A DNA stretch of 64,000 bases from Acidimicrobiales bacterium (GTDB lineage Bacteria > Actinomycetota > Acidimicrobiia > Acidimicrobiales > Aldehydirespiratoraceae). The notes beneath the pieces are model-generated. The model was not told the origin of the DNA, did no database searches, and was given only the letters and a program-made list of their open reading frames with translations. The DNA is taken from NCBI GenBank assembly GCA_029246685.1, contig JAQWMR010000004.1, positions 84,841-148,840 on the forward strand, in the 5' to 3' direction. Positions 56,370 to 64,000 of the stretch are shown here, in pieces (the first letter of the stretch is position 1; every line of letters begins with the position of its first letter). A program made the translations under genes and the position numbers.

Positions 56370-57466
56370 GCGCAGACACCGAAGCTCTGGCCGCCTGGTG
56401 GCGTTCGTTCGCCCGTTACTCGCTCGCGGACTACGCGCCGCGCTACGACGCGATGGTCCGCGCCGCGGCCGAGAACAGCGACGTTCTCGAGCTCGTCGCG
56501 GCGGCGCCGCCCGAGGCGCATGTACCGAACAACCTCCAGGCTGCGGCGCATTATCTCTTGCTGTCCGGGGTCGATCACCCGCTGGCCGCGGCGTACGAGC
56601 CGGACTTCTCCGGCGATCCGGGCCCGCTGTTCTGCGACCTCGTTCTGAGCCACAGCGACGCCGTCGCCGATCTCTTGGCGACTCGTGTCGTGCAAACCAA
56701 CGAGGTCAACCGCACAGCCGTCATCGCGCCGGCGGTCAATCGGATCGGGGGCGAGGCTGCTTCGTCGCTCGCCCTCATCGACGTCGGCTGCAGCGCCGGA
56801 CTGAACCTGATCTTCGATCGGTATCGGATCACCTTCGGCGATATCTCGCTCGGCCCGGCCGACGCGGCGCTCCGACTCACCGCCGAGAGTCGCGGCGCCG
56901 ATCCTGTCGCGACTCCTGCGGAGGTCGCCTGGCGCCGAGGCATCGATCGCAACCCGATCGATGTCTCCGACCCGGCGCAGGCGATGTGGCTCGAGGCGCT
57001 CCTCTGGCCAGATCAGCTGGGCCGCCTCGATCGCCTACGAGCGGCGATCGGCGAGTTTCGGTCCGACCCTCCGGAGCTTGTGAAGGCCGATGCACTCGAT
57101 GGCCTCGCGGCGGCGCTGGCCGATGCGCCCCCCGACGCGCTGGCACTGATCGTCACGACGTGGGTCGTCTTCTACTTCGACGAAGACCTACGCCGCGACT
57201 TCGAGGCCATGCTGCTCGACGCGGACCGACCCACAGCCTGGCTGGCGATGGAGATGGCCGGGATCGTTCCTGGCGTCGACGTCCCGCCCACGTCCGAGTC
57301 GGCTGGCGAGGTCAGCGCGATCACGCTCGTCACCGGTGGCGCGGGCCGCTCCGTCGAGCGGCGATTCTGCGGCTGGACGCATCCCCACGGCGCGTGGGTG
57401 GACCTCGCGCCCTGTACGGAGCGAGCGGTCAGGCGACGAGAGTCACGCCGCCGTCGACCGGGATGA
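56366..57466 (+). CDS. DUF2332-domain protein
   Basis: VQTNEVNR, LIDVGCSAGLNL; GTGA overlap with the upstream stop; the 3' end overlaps the convergent SDR gene by 38 nt. Confidence 0.7.
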   Translation: MSADTEALAAWWRSFARYSLADYAPRYDAMVRAAAENSDVLELVAAAPPEAHVPNNLQAAAHYLLLSGVDHPLAAAYEPDFSGDPGPLFCDLVLSHSDAVADLLATRVVQTNEVNRTAVIAPAVNRIGGEAASSLALIDVGCSAGLNLIFDRYRITFGDISLGPADAALRLTAESRGADPVATPAEVAWRRGIDRNPIDVSDPAQAMWLEALLWPDQLGRLDRLRAAIGEFRSDPPELVKADALDGLAAALADAPPDALALIVTTWVVFYFDEDLRRDFEAMLLDADRPTAWLAMEMAGIVPGVDVPPTSESAGEVSAITLVTGGAGRSVERRFCGWTHPHGAWVDLAPCTERAVRRRESRRRRPG

Positions 57467-58196
57467 TCTGACCGGTGATGAATGCGCCAGCCTGGCTCGC
57501 CAGCATGAGCGCGACGCCCTTGATGTCGTCCGCGTCGCCCCATCGGTGCATCGGGATCATGCGCAGCTCGGCGTCGTACGACGCCGGGTCGGCCTTCGCG
57601 AACTCCGTCATGTCAGAGTGGAAGCGACCGGGGGCGATGGCGTTCACCCGCACGTTCTGCTGCGACAGCGTGAACGCGAGGTTGCGGGTGACCATGTGGA
57701 TGCCGGCCTTCGAGACGTCATAGCTGTATGTGTCGACCGGGTTGGCGGTCAGTCCGGCGATCGACCCGATGTTGATGATGCTGCTCGTCTGTTCCGGAGT
57801 GGCACGACGGGTCAGGAGGGGTATGAGTTCCTGAGTCAGGAAGAACGGCGACTTCACGTTCAGATCCATCACCTTGTCCCAGCCTCGCTCCGGGAAGTCG
57901 CCGAGAGGAGCCATCCAGCCGCGGCCGGCATTGTTCACGAGCACATCGAGGTGGCTCTCCCGTTGCGCGATCTCGGCTGCGAGGTTCTCGACGTCCTCCA
58001 TCGTCGACAGGTCCCCGGCGATCGGAATGCAGTCACCCTCGTGGGCCCGAGTGAGCTCCTCGGCCGTGGCCTCGACGACCTCGGTGTTGCGAGCGGTGAT
58101 GTAGACGCGGAACGCCCCAGCCTCGAGGAACACGTCGGCCATGTGCCGCCCGAGCCCCTTCGAACCCCCCGTGATCAAACACGTCCGCCCCGCCAT
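57429..58196 (-). CDS. SDR-family oxidoreductase
   Basis: ITGGSKGLG, NNAG, YDVSK. Confidence 0.9.
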   Translation of the reverse strand: MAGRTCLITGGSKGLGRHMADVFLEAGAFRVYITARNTEVVEATAEELTRAHEGDCIPIAGDLSTMEDVENLAAEIAQRESHLDVLVNNAGRGWMAPLGDFPERGWDKVMDLNVKSPFFLTQELIPLLTRRATPEQTSSIINIGSIAGLTANPVDTYSYDVSKAGIHMVTRNLAFTLSQQNVRVNAIAPGRFHSDMTEFAKADPASYDAELRMIPMHRWGDADDIKGVALMLASQAGAFITGQIIPVDGGVTLVA

Positions 58197-58220
58197 AGAG
58201 ATTCCGAGATCATCCAGCGA

Positions 58221-58251
58221 CTGTAACGGGGGGTCAGACCCCCCGTTACAG
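58221..58251. repeat. REP palindrome (perfect 15+1+15)
   Basis: CTGTAACGGGGGGTC-A-GACCCCCCGTTACAG; it overlaps the TAA stop of the RAYT-like gene. Confidence 0.85.
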
Positions 58252-59116
58252 TCCGTCGGTTGCGAGCCGCATGCGGGCGGTCTCGACGATCGTCGCGAAG
58301 TCGTCGTCGGTCGCGATCAGTGCGCGGGCCCGGGAGAGCGCTGTCCGCAGCGCGCCGGTGTTCTGGAAGCCATACCGGCTGGCGAGCTGTTGCGCCGTCA
58401 TGGGGCTCACCTCGCGGCAGAGGAGAATGCATGCGAGCCGCTGGTGGTTCCGCACGCCCCGCGCCCGCCTCGCAGCAGAGCGCGCTCTGGCGGAGATGCA
58501 ACGCCCACGGCCGACTCGACGAGGCTTGCGGCCGTGGTTCTCGTCGGAACCTCGTTGCCCAGGAAATCGCCGGCACCGTGCCCATCGTCTACCTCGATGA
58601 AGACCCGGTAGCTGGCCTTGTCGCCGATCGCCTGTCGTAGCGACTCGAGCGTGAGCCATCGCGGGGCAGGGGAGATCCCGGCGTAGGCGAGGTGGCTCGT
58701 CCAGCGAAATACGCGCGGCCGACGATCGCCGTGCGAGACCTCCAGCGGGTTGCGATGGATGTAGCGAAGAACTTCGTGGAGGTAGCGGTCCGAGTCGATT
58801 CCGATGAACCGATATCGCCCACGGCAGAGGGGCCGTCGAGTCCATGGCGATCATTGAATCGCCGGGTGTACGAGCCGCCGATGAGCCGCATTGCCGCTGA
58901 CAGGTCCGCAACCGAACTTCGAACGAGCAGGTGGTAGTGGTTGTCCATGAGGGCGTAGGCGTGGACCTCGAACCGCCGAGGTTCGGTGGCATCTCCGAGT
59001 AGGCCGAGGAACATCTTCCGGTCGACGTCGTCTCCGAAGACCGGAAGCCGTCGGGCTCCGCGATTCATCACGTGGTGCCACTCGGTTTCGCTCGCCTGCC
59101 TCGGTGTTCGGGCCAT
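58246..59116 (-). mobile_element. REP-associated tyrosine transposase (RAYT, IS200/Y1-like) with C-terminal DnaA-C-like HTH; decayed by at least two frameshifts
   Basis: Frame 1: WHHVMNRGARR...LMDNHYHLLV (HUH)...RFNDRHGLDGP. Frame 2 follows the G4 run at 58829-58832: LCRGRYRFIGIDSDRYLHEVLRYIHRNPL (catalytic Tyr region). Frame 3: RLACILLCREVSPMTAQQLASRYGFQNTGAL...; flanked by REP copies. Confidence 0.8.
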
Positions 59117-59147
59117 GCTCGTGAAGCTAGGAACGGGGTGTGACAGC

Positions 59148-59186
59148 CCTTTTGTAACGGAGGGTCTGACCCCCCGTTACAAAAGG
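59148..59186. repeat. REP palindrome (extended, one mismatch), inverted relative to the copy at 58221
   Basis: CCTTTTGTAACGGAGGGTC-T-GACCCCCCGTTACAAAAGG; the central base is T versus A in the other flank. Confidence 0.85.
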
Positions 59187-59277
59187 TTCTCGCAGGTGTG
59201 CCAACGGGCGGATTGGTCGTCTAGGGTCCGGGGACTCCCCCGCAAACTACTCGGTTCACAGACAGAGGAAACTTTCA

Positions 59278-60192
59278 ATGGCAACTTCGCAGCCCGCGAT
59301 CCTCGGGGATCTCCAGAAGTACCAGTGGTACGTCCACATGAGCCGCGACGAGGGCGCTGATCTCGGCGTCATCAAGTCCGCGCTCAAGGCTGCTCAGGCC
59401 GACGCGGCCGCGCAAGGCGTCAACTTCTGCATTCTGGTCGGCCCGACTCTCGCCGCCGACCTCGGCATCGAGACCGACGGCGACTTCGAGGCCTACCCCG
59501 GTTACGAGTCGCCCGACGGCTCCAAGGTCGCCAAGGGCACCCAGGAAGAACTCCTCCTGTGGCTGCACGACGCGGACAAGGACCTTATCTGGGAAGTCCA
59601 GCACACCGCTCGTCGTGCGCTCGCCGGCCACATGTCCGTCGCCCGTGAGACCCCGACGTTCATCTACAAGAACAGCCTCGATCTCACCGGCCACATCGAC
59701 GGCACCGGCAACCCGGAGCCCGAGGACCAGCAGGACCGCGGCATCATCGCCGACGGTTCGGCCGGCGAAGGCGGCTCGTACTGCATCGCCCAGCGTTGGG
59801 TCCACGACATGGACTACTGGGCAAGCCTGAGCCTGGACGAGGAGGAGAACACCTTCGGTCGCACCAAGGCCGACTCCACCAAGCTCGAGACGCAGGTTCC
59901 CCGCTCGCACCTCTCCCACGTGGAGCTGCGTGAAGGCACCACTGCCGACGAGTCCACCGCCAAGCGCGGCGAGATGGTTCGCCGGTCCACGCCCTACGCC
60001 TTCCACGACGGCACTGTCGGCCTCTACTTCATGGGATTCTGCAAGACGCAGGCGCCCATGCGTGAGCGCATGGAGGCCATGTACGGCCACAACGGTCACG
60101 AGACGGACTTCATCACCGACTACTCGACGCCCGCGTCGGGTTCGTACTACTTCGCTCCGTCGGTCGAGGCGCTCGCAGCAGCACTCGGGTAA
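59278..60192 (+). CDS. Dye-decolorizing (DyP-type) peroxidase
   Basis: GXXDG motif LTGHIDGTGN, distal-Arg region VRRSTPY; 304 aa. Confidence 0.9.
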   Translation: MATSQPAILGDLQKYQWYVHMSRDEGADLGVIKSALKAAQADAAAQGVNFCILVGPTLAADLGIETDGDFEAYPGYESPDGSKVAKGTQEELLLWLHDADKDLIWEVQHTARRALAGHMSVARETPTFIYKNSLDLTGHIDGTGNPEPEDQQDRGIIADGSAGEGGSYCIAQRWVHDMDYWASLSLDEEENTFGRTKADSTKLETQVPRSHLSHVELREGTTADESTAKRGEMVRRSTPYAFHDGTVGLYFMGFCKTQAPMRERMEAMYGHNGHETDFITDYSTPASGSYYFAPSVEALAAALG

Positions 60193-60241
60193 CCGAATGC
60201 GCAGTGTGACTGCACTCGGCTAGGTAGCCAAGGGTTTCGAG

Positions 60242-60275
60242 ACAGCGGCTCCTTCGGGGGTCGCTGTTTCGCGTT
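60242..60275 (+). terminator. Rho-independent terminator after the DyP gene
   Basis: ACAGCGGCTCC-TTCG-GGGGTCGCTGT (11-bp stem with two G-U pairs, UUCG loop) followed by TTCGCGTTT. Confidence 0.6.
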
Positions 60276-60307
60276 TCGGCGGCGGGCGGCGAGTACCGTC
60301 AACGGCC

Positions 60308-60781
60308 ATGGCGACGAAAGATGTGAGCGCAGTCGACGACACGGACGGCTCCGGCCTTCGCGTCGCCGTTGTGCGGACTCGCTGGAACCCGGAGATCATC
60401 GGCCGCCTTGCTGACGGTGTCGCGAGGACGTTGGCGGGGCTGGGCGTGACCGACGTGGCGGACGTCGAAGTGGCGGGTGCGTTCGAGATCCCGTTCGCAT
60501 GCCGCACGATCGCCTCATCCGGTCGAGTCGACGCGATCGTCGCGATCGGTGCCGTGATCCGCGGCGAGACGACGCACTACGACATCGTCTCCGAGGAGTG
60601 CGCGCGCGGTCTCCAGGACGTGCAGATCCAGACCGGCGTGCCGATCGGCTTCGGTGTACTGGCCACGGAGAATCTGACCCAGGCCGAGGCGCGCAGCGAA
60701 CCAGCCGGCGGCCACAACGTCGGCGCGGACGCCGCGCAGGTGGCAGTCGAGATGGCGTTGTTGGCCCGCGACTGGAGCTGA
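60308..60781 (+). CDS. ribH: 6,7-dimethyl-8-ribityllumazine synthase
   Basis: RVAVVRTRWNPEI, VAGAFEIP, AIGAVIRGETTHYD, GFGVLAT. Confidence 0.9.
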   Translation: MATKDVSAVDDTDGSGLRVAVVRTRWNPEIIGRLADGVARTLAGLGVTDVADVEVAGAFEIPFACRTIASSGRVDAIVAIGAVIRGETTHYDIVSEECARGLQDVQIQTGVPIGFGVLATENLTQAEARSEPAGGHNVGADAAQVAVEMALLARDWS

Positions 60782-60782
60782 C

Positions 60783-61961
60783 GTGCCCAACACCGGATTG
60801 CCATCCGCGGCGGAGGTGATCCACCAACGTCTTGTGGATGGCTCCACGCCTGGCAACCGCCAGGACGACTTTCGCCTCGCCCTCGCGATCGAGGGTGGCG
60901 GCATGCGTGGCGTGGTGAGCGCGGGAATGCTCGTCGCGCTCGAGCAACTCGGGATGACCGGCACGGTCGACATGGTCGTCGGTACGTCCGCGGGCGCGCT
61001 CGCGGGAGCGTTCTTCGTGGACGGTCGTGCGGTCGAGGGGAGCGTCCTCTTCTACACGGAGCTCCATCAGGAGCCGTTCCTCGATCGCAGTCGTCTCCTC
61101 AAGCGCGAGGCGGCGCTCAATCTTCACTACCTCGTCGAGGAGGCAGCGGTTGATCGGGGGCTTGACGTCACGGCACTCGTCGCCAACCCGATTCCTCTCT
61201 ACGCGACGGTGGCGCCGGTCGATCCGACGTCGGACGTTCGTCACTTCGAGGTGAACGGGAGCTCGGAGCGGGTCAATGCGATTCTCAAGGCCACCGCATC
61301 GCTGCCGGTGCTCGCCGGCTCTGCAAAGGAAGTCGACGGCGATGAGTATCTCGACGGTGGCCTCCATGAGCAGATCCCGTGGCGCACGGCCGCTCGGCTC
61401 GGCGCCACCCACGTACTCGTCCTGCCCTCTCAACCCGTCACACCCGATCTCGAACTCGACACGCTTAGCTTCGTGGAGCGGGTCTCCGTCGTGCCCGTCG
61501 TCAAGCGCGTCCACAACGACCACATCGGCGATCTCGTCGCATCGCTGCCGGAACGGTCGTCGCGCGAGGCCTGGAATCTGCGAGCAGTGAGCGAGGGTCG
61601 AGCGACGCCGCTCGAACGGATGCCGGGCCATGGCCAACCACGGTTCGACATTGTCCATGTCGACGAGTCGGTCGAGCTTCCCGGTCGGCTCGAGCGGGAT
61701 CGCCGGGTGCTCGTCGATGCGTTGATCGCCGGCGCCAACGCAGTCGTCGACCACTTCGGACTCGGCGGCCCGGACGCCGTCGCCGTGGAACAGCGGGTGG
61801 TGTTGACGCACCCCGCGGCTCCCGTGAAACACTTCCGAGCGTCGCAGTTGATCGAGCTGGTGATCGAACGAGGAGCTGGGGGACAGGATGGAGATCCGGA
61901 GAATCGGCGGCGTGATCGGCGCCGAAGTGGAGGGCGTCGAACTGAAGACGGTGACGACTGA
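60783..61961 (+). CDS. Patatin-like phospholipase
   Basis: IEGGGMRG oxyanion motif, GTSAGA (GxSxG), DGG; GTG start 1 nt after the ribH stop. Confidence 0.85.
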   Translation: MPNTGLPSAAEVIHQRLVDGSTPGNRQDDFRLALAIEGGGMRGVVSAGMLVALEQLGMTGTVDMVVGTSAGALAGAFFVDGRAVEGSVLFYTELHQEPFLDRSRLLKREAALNLHYLVEEAAVDRGLDVTALVANPIPLYATVAPVDPTSDVRHFEVNGSSERVNAILKATASLPVLAGSAKEVDGDEYLDGGLHEQIPWRTAARLGATHVLVLPSQPVTPDLELDTLSFVERVSVVPVVKRVHNDHIGDLVASLPERSSREAWNLRAVSEGRATPLERMPGHGQPRFDIVHVDESVELPGRLERDRRVLVDALIAGANAVVDHFGLGGPDAVAVEQRVVLTHPAAPVKHFRASQLIELVIERGAGGQDGDPENRRRDRRRSGGRRTEDGDD

Positions 61962-62736
61962 GTCGGTCGCGCCGATCGAGGACGCCCTCTACGAACACGG
62001 CGTGCTGTTCTTCCGGGCACAGCATCTGACGAGCGATGAACAGATCGAGCTGGCCCGAGCGTTCGGCGAGCCATCGATCTATCCGATCTCGAAGATCCAC
62101 GGAGCAACCGAGCCTGTGTGTTCGGTGATCGAGGATGGTCCCGACAGTCCGCCGACCACCGACGGCTGGCACACCGATGTCACCTGGATCGAGAGCCCGC
62201 CGAAGATCGCGATTCTGTGCGGCCTCGAAGTTCCCGAGTACGGCGGCCACACGATGTGGGCGTCCGCCGCGGACGTCTACGACAGCCTGTCGCCGAGCAT
62301 CCAGGGACTGCTCGAGGGCATGGAAGCCGAACACACCTGCTGGCCCGGATTCTGTGAGACGGCAGAGCGGAAGTCCGAGGTCGAGGGCCTCGGCCGGCGC
62401 ATCGCCGATGCGTACCCGCCGGTCATGCACCCCGTCGTCCGGACCCATCCGGTCACCGGCCAGAAGGCGTACTACGACGGGTCGAGCACGATGAACGGTG
62501 TCGCCGAGCTGAGCGACGCGGAGTGGGAACCGCTGCGTCTCATGCTCCGGGCGATGTTCGACGAACCCAAGCGGCAGGTCCGTTGGTCGTGGACGGAAGG
62601 CGACGTCGCGATTTGGGACGAACGGCTCGTCGTGCATCGCGGCGTGTCGGACCACTTCCCGCTGCGTCGGGTGGTTCGCCGGATCACGGTGGACGGGGAG
62701 CGCCCGTTCTTGGACGCGATCGCCGGCGCCAACTAG
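61888..62736 (+). CDS. TauD/TfdA-family Fe(II)/2-oxoglutarate dioxygenase (second paralogue)
   Basis: IGAEVEGVEL, WHTDVTW (HxD), GGHTMWAS; overlaps the patatin 3' end by 74 nt. Confidence 0.85.
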   Translation: MEIRRIGGVIGAEVEGVELKTVTTESVAPIEDALYEHGVLFFRAQHLTSDEQIELARAFGEPSIYPISKIHGATEPVCSVIEDGPDSPPTTDGWHTDVTWIESPPKIAILCGLEVPEYGGHTMWASAADVYDSLSPSIQGLLEGMEAEHTCWPGFCETAERKSEVEGLGRRIADAYPPVMHPVVRTHPVTGQKAYYDGSSTMNGVAELSDAEWEPLRLMLRAMFDEPKRQVRWSWTEGDVAIWDERLVVHRGVSDHFPLRRVVRRITVDGERPFLDAIAGAN

Positions 62737-62746
62737 ACACTCGGCC

Positions 62747-63283
62747 ATGTCCACACCGTGCATCGACGGCCTCGAGGCATCGTTCACCGACGTCAACGCC
62801 GAAGACGACGGGATCCCCTTCATCCCGGTTCGCAGCCAGCGCAACGCCGATGGCACCGACTCCCACGTCTGGGAGAAGTGGGTCGCGTTCTCCGTCGAGC
62901 CGCTCTACCTCGCGCTCTTCGCCCGTTGGGATCCCGGCATGATCGTCCGTCACCACGGCCACTACTCGCCGCACACGCTCACCGTCCTGAAGGGCGAGCT
63001 CACGTGTGAGGACAAGAAGCTCGGCGTGGGCGGACACATCGAGTTGCCGCTCGGCGCGTCGTTCGGGCCGTTCGTGGCGGGGCCTGACGGCTGCGAGCTC
63101 TATGAGGTGATGATGGGCGATCCGCGATCGTGGTCAGAGGATCCGGATTCGATCCACGAGTGGCTCGCCGAACGCGGCGCGGTCCAGCTTCCGGATCCGC
63201 CGATCGAGCTCCCGGGTGGGCTCGAGGATCTTCGTGCGGTCTTTGCCAAGGGAGCCGAGCAAGAAGCCGAGGCGTCGGACTGA
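62747..63283 (+). CDS. Cupin-domain protein
   Basis: HHGHYSPHTLTVLKGEL cupin-like core; 178 aa. Confidence 0.55.
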   Translation: MSTPCIDGLEASFTDVNAEDDGIPFIPVRSQRNADGTDSHVWEKWVAFSVEPLYLALFARWDPGMIVRHHGHYSPHTLTVLKGELTCEDKKLGVGGHIELPLGASFGPFVAGPDGCELYEVMMGDPRSWSEDPDSIHEWLAERGAVQLPDPPIELPGGLEDLRAVFAKGAEQEAEASD

Positions 63284-63322
63284 GCGCGTCGGCTGAGTCG
63301 CGATCGGCGCAGTCGCTCCGAC

Positions 63323-63884
63323 TCAGACGAACACGACCTCGAATGTCGTGGCGAGCTCGAATGGTGTCCCCGCGGCGGCTCGCTCGGCGTTGCCTCGAAG
63401 GAACGTCTGGGGGTCGGTCGGCTTCGCCAACGCGTCCATGTAGGTGCGGTGGCACTCGAGCGACGCGATCCCGCGATTCGGCGATGTCGACGACATGGGT
63501 CGGTACCGGGGACGCGTTGAAAGCGACGAAACGAACCCCGGACCACGCCGGTCCGGCATCGGGGAAGAGCCACTCGTTGCCGGCGTCACTCGCCGCGTCC
63601 AGCAACGCTCGCCCGCCGGCGCGATGGTCGACGTGGTGCCACGACGGACCTCCCCACGAGTCGTGATGGTCGATCGACGCGATCACGTCCGGTCGAACGT
63701 CTCGGATCACGGCGGCGAGGTCCCGGCGCAGCTTCGTGGATTCCTCCACGAGTCCGTCCGGGTGGGCGACGACGGCCAGCCCCTGGTCCCAGTCCTCCGG
63801 GATCGTCTCCAACATGGCGCCGGGTGTAGGGATATCTCGGCGGCCGGGTCCTCGAGGCGTCTTCTCCGTGGACTCGCTCGGCAT
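63323..63884 (-). pseudogene. PIG-L/LmbE-family deacetylase-like gene, frameshifted and apparently internally shortened
   Basis: LAVVAHPDG..., RPDVIAS, HHVDHRAGG (HxDH) lie in one frame. The C-terminal IASLECHRTYMDAL... lies in another (track ORF 63323..63589). The frame change is near 63465-63485. Confidence 0.55.
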
Positions 63885-63909
63885 GGGTGCTCGCCCTAGG
63901 GTCGCCCGC

Positions 63910-64000
63910 ATGGCTGACCGCAAGATCATCACGGTGCTCAACCCCGAAGACGAGTACACCCACGAGCCCGACCCGGTGCCCAACTACAACGAGTCGATGT
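63910..64000 (+). CDS. Hypothetical protein, N-terminal 30 codons only (continues beyond the window)
   Basis: ATG 63910; MADRKIITVLNPEDEYTHEPDPVPNYNESM; high GC3. Confidence 0.45.
   Translation, partial: MADRKIITVLNPEDEYTHEPDPVPNYNESM

Noticed and set aside
59278-60192. DyP peroxidase (next to lumazine synthase) as encapsulin or nanocompartment cargo
   Set aside because: No encapsulin shell gene is nearby. The DyP C-terminus (…SVEALAAALG) lacks a recognisable cargo-targeting peptide, and a terminator separates it from ribH.
60193-60307. Possible FMN (RFN) riboswitch upstream of ribH
   Set aside because: The spacer is only 115 nt and is largely occupied by the DyP terminator hairpin. None of the conserved RFN segments is visible.
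61888-61961. The 74-nt same-strand overlap between the patatin and TauD genes as a sign of a frameshift or programmed event
   Set aside because: Both proteins have complete family motifs, and the TauD N-terminus is canonical. The patatin tail is low-complexity. A simple overlap or a slightly mis-set patatin end is the likelier explanation.

Overview
High-GC (by eye about two-thirds G+C, not computed), gene-dense bacterial chromosomal segment. It looks actinobacterial: several F420/LLM-type oxidoreductases, a deazaflavin-dependent nitroreductase-family protein, many SDR/AKR/BVMO/TauD/PhyH-type oxidoreductases, frequent ATGA/GTGA start-stop overlaps, and lipoproteins with acidic or Ser-rich linkers. 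I call about 65 protein-coding loci. I saw no rRNA, tRNA, CRISPR or prophage. Blocks: (1) 0-10.3 kb, Fe(III)-type ABC import genes interleaved with envelope-glycan genes. (2) 10.7-27.4 kb, assorted redox/detox genes. (3) 27.8-35.1 kb, a TetR-divergent, tightly coupled eight-gene minus-strand operon. One of its genes has an in-frame TGA inside a U-G-S-C motif followed by a SECIS-like hairpin, so it is a candidate selenoprotein and the most interesting item. (4) 35.4-41.6 kb, an orphan phnM-like gene coupled to a 2H-phosphoesterase gene, then an AKR, an MBL-fold fragment, an EthA-like monooxygenase and a hemerythrin-like/CBS pair. (5) 43.0-44.5 kb, a VTC + DUF4956 pair. (6) 46.8-49.9 kb, a B12-dependent acyl-CoA mutase block. 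(7) 49.9-51.5 kb, oxyR divergent from a nitrobindin-like gene. (8) 53.1-57.5 kb, a four-gene coupled operon. (9) 58.2-59.2 kb, a decayed REP-associated tyrosine transposase flanked by inverted palindromic REP copies, with a third copy at 41.6 kb. (10) 59.3-64 kb, DyP peroxidase, ribH, patatin, TauD, cupin. A second notable pattern is that at least nine loci are interrupted by single in-frame stops or frameshifts. All product calls rest on motif recognition by eye. No database search, folding or statistics could be run.
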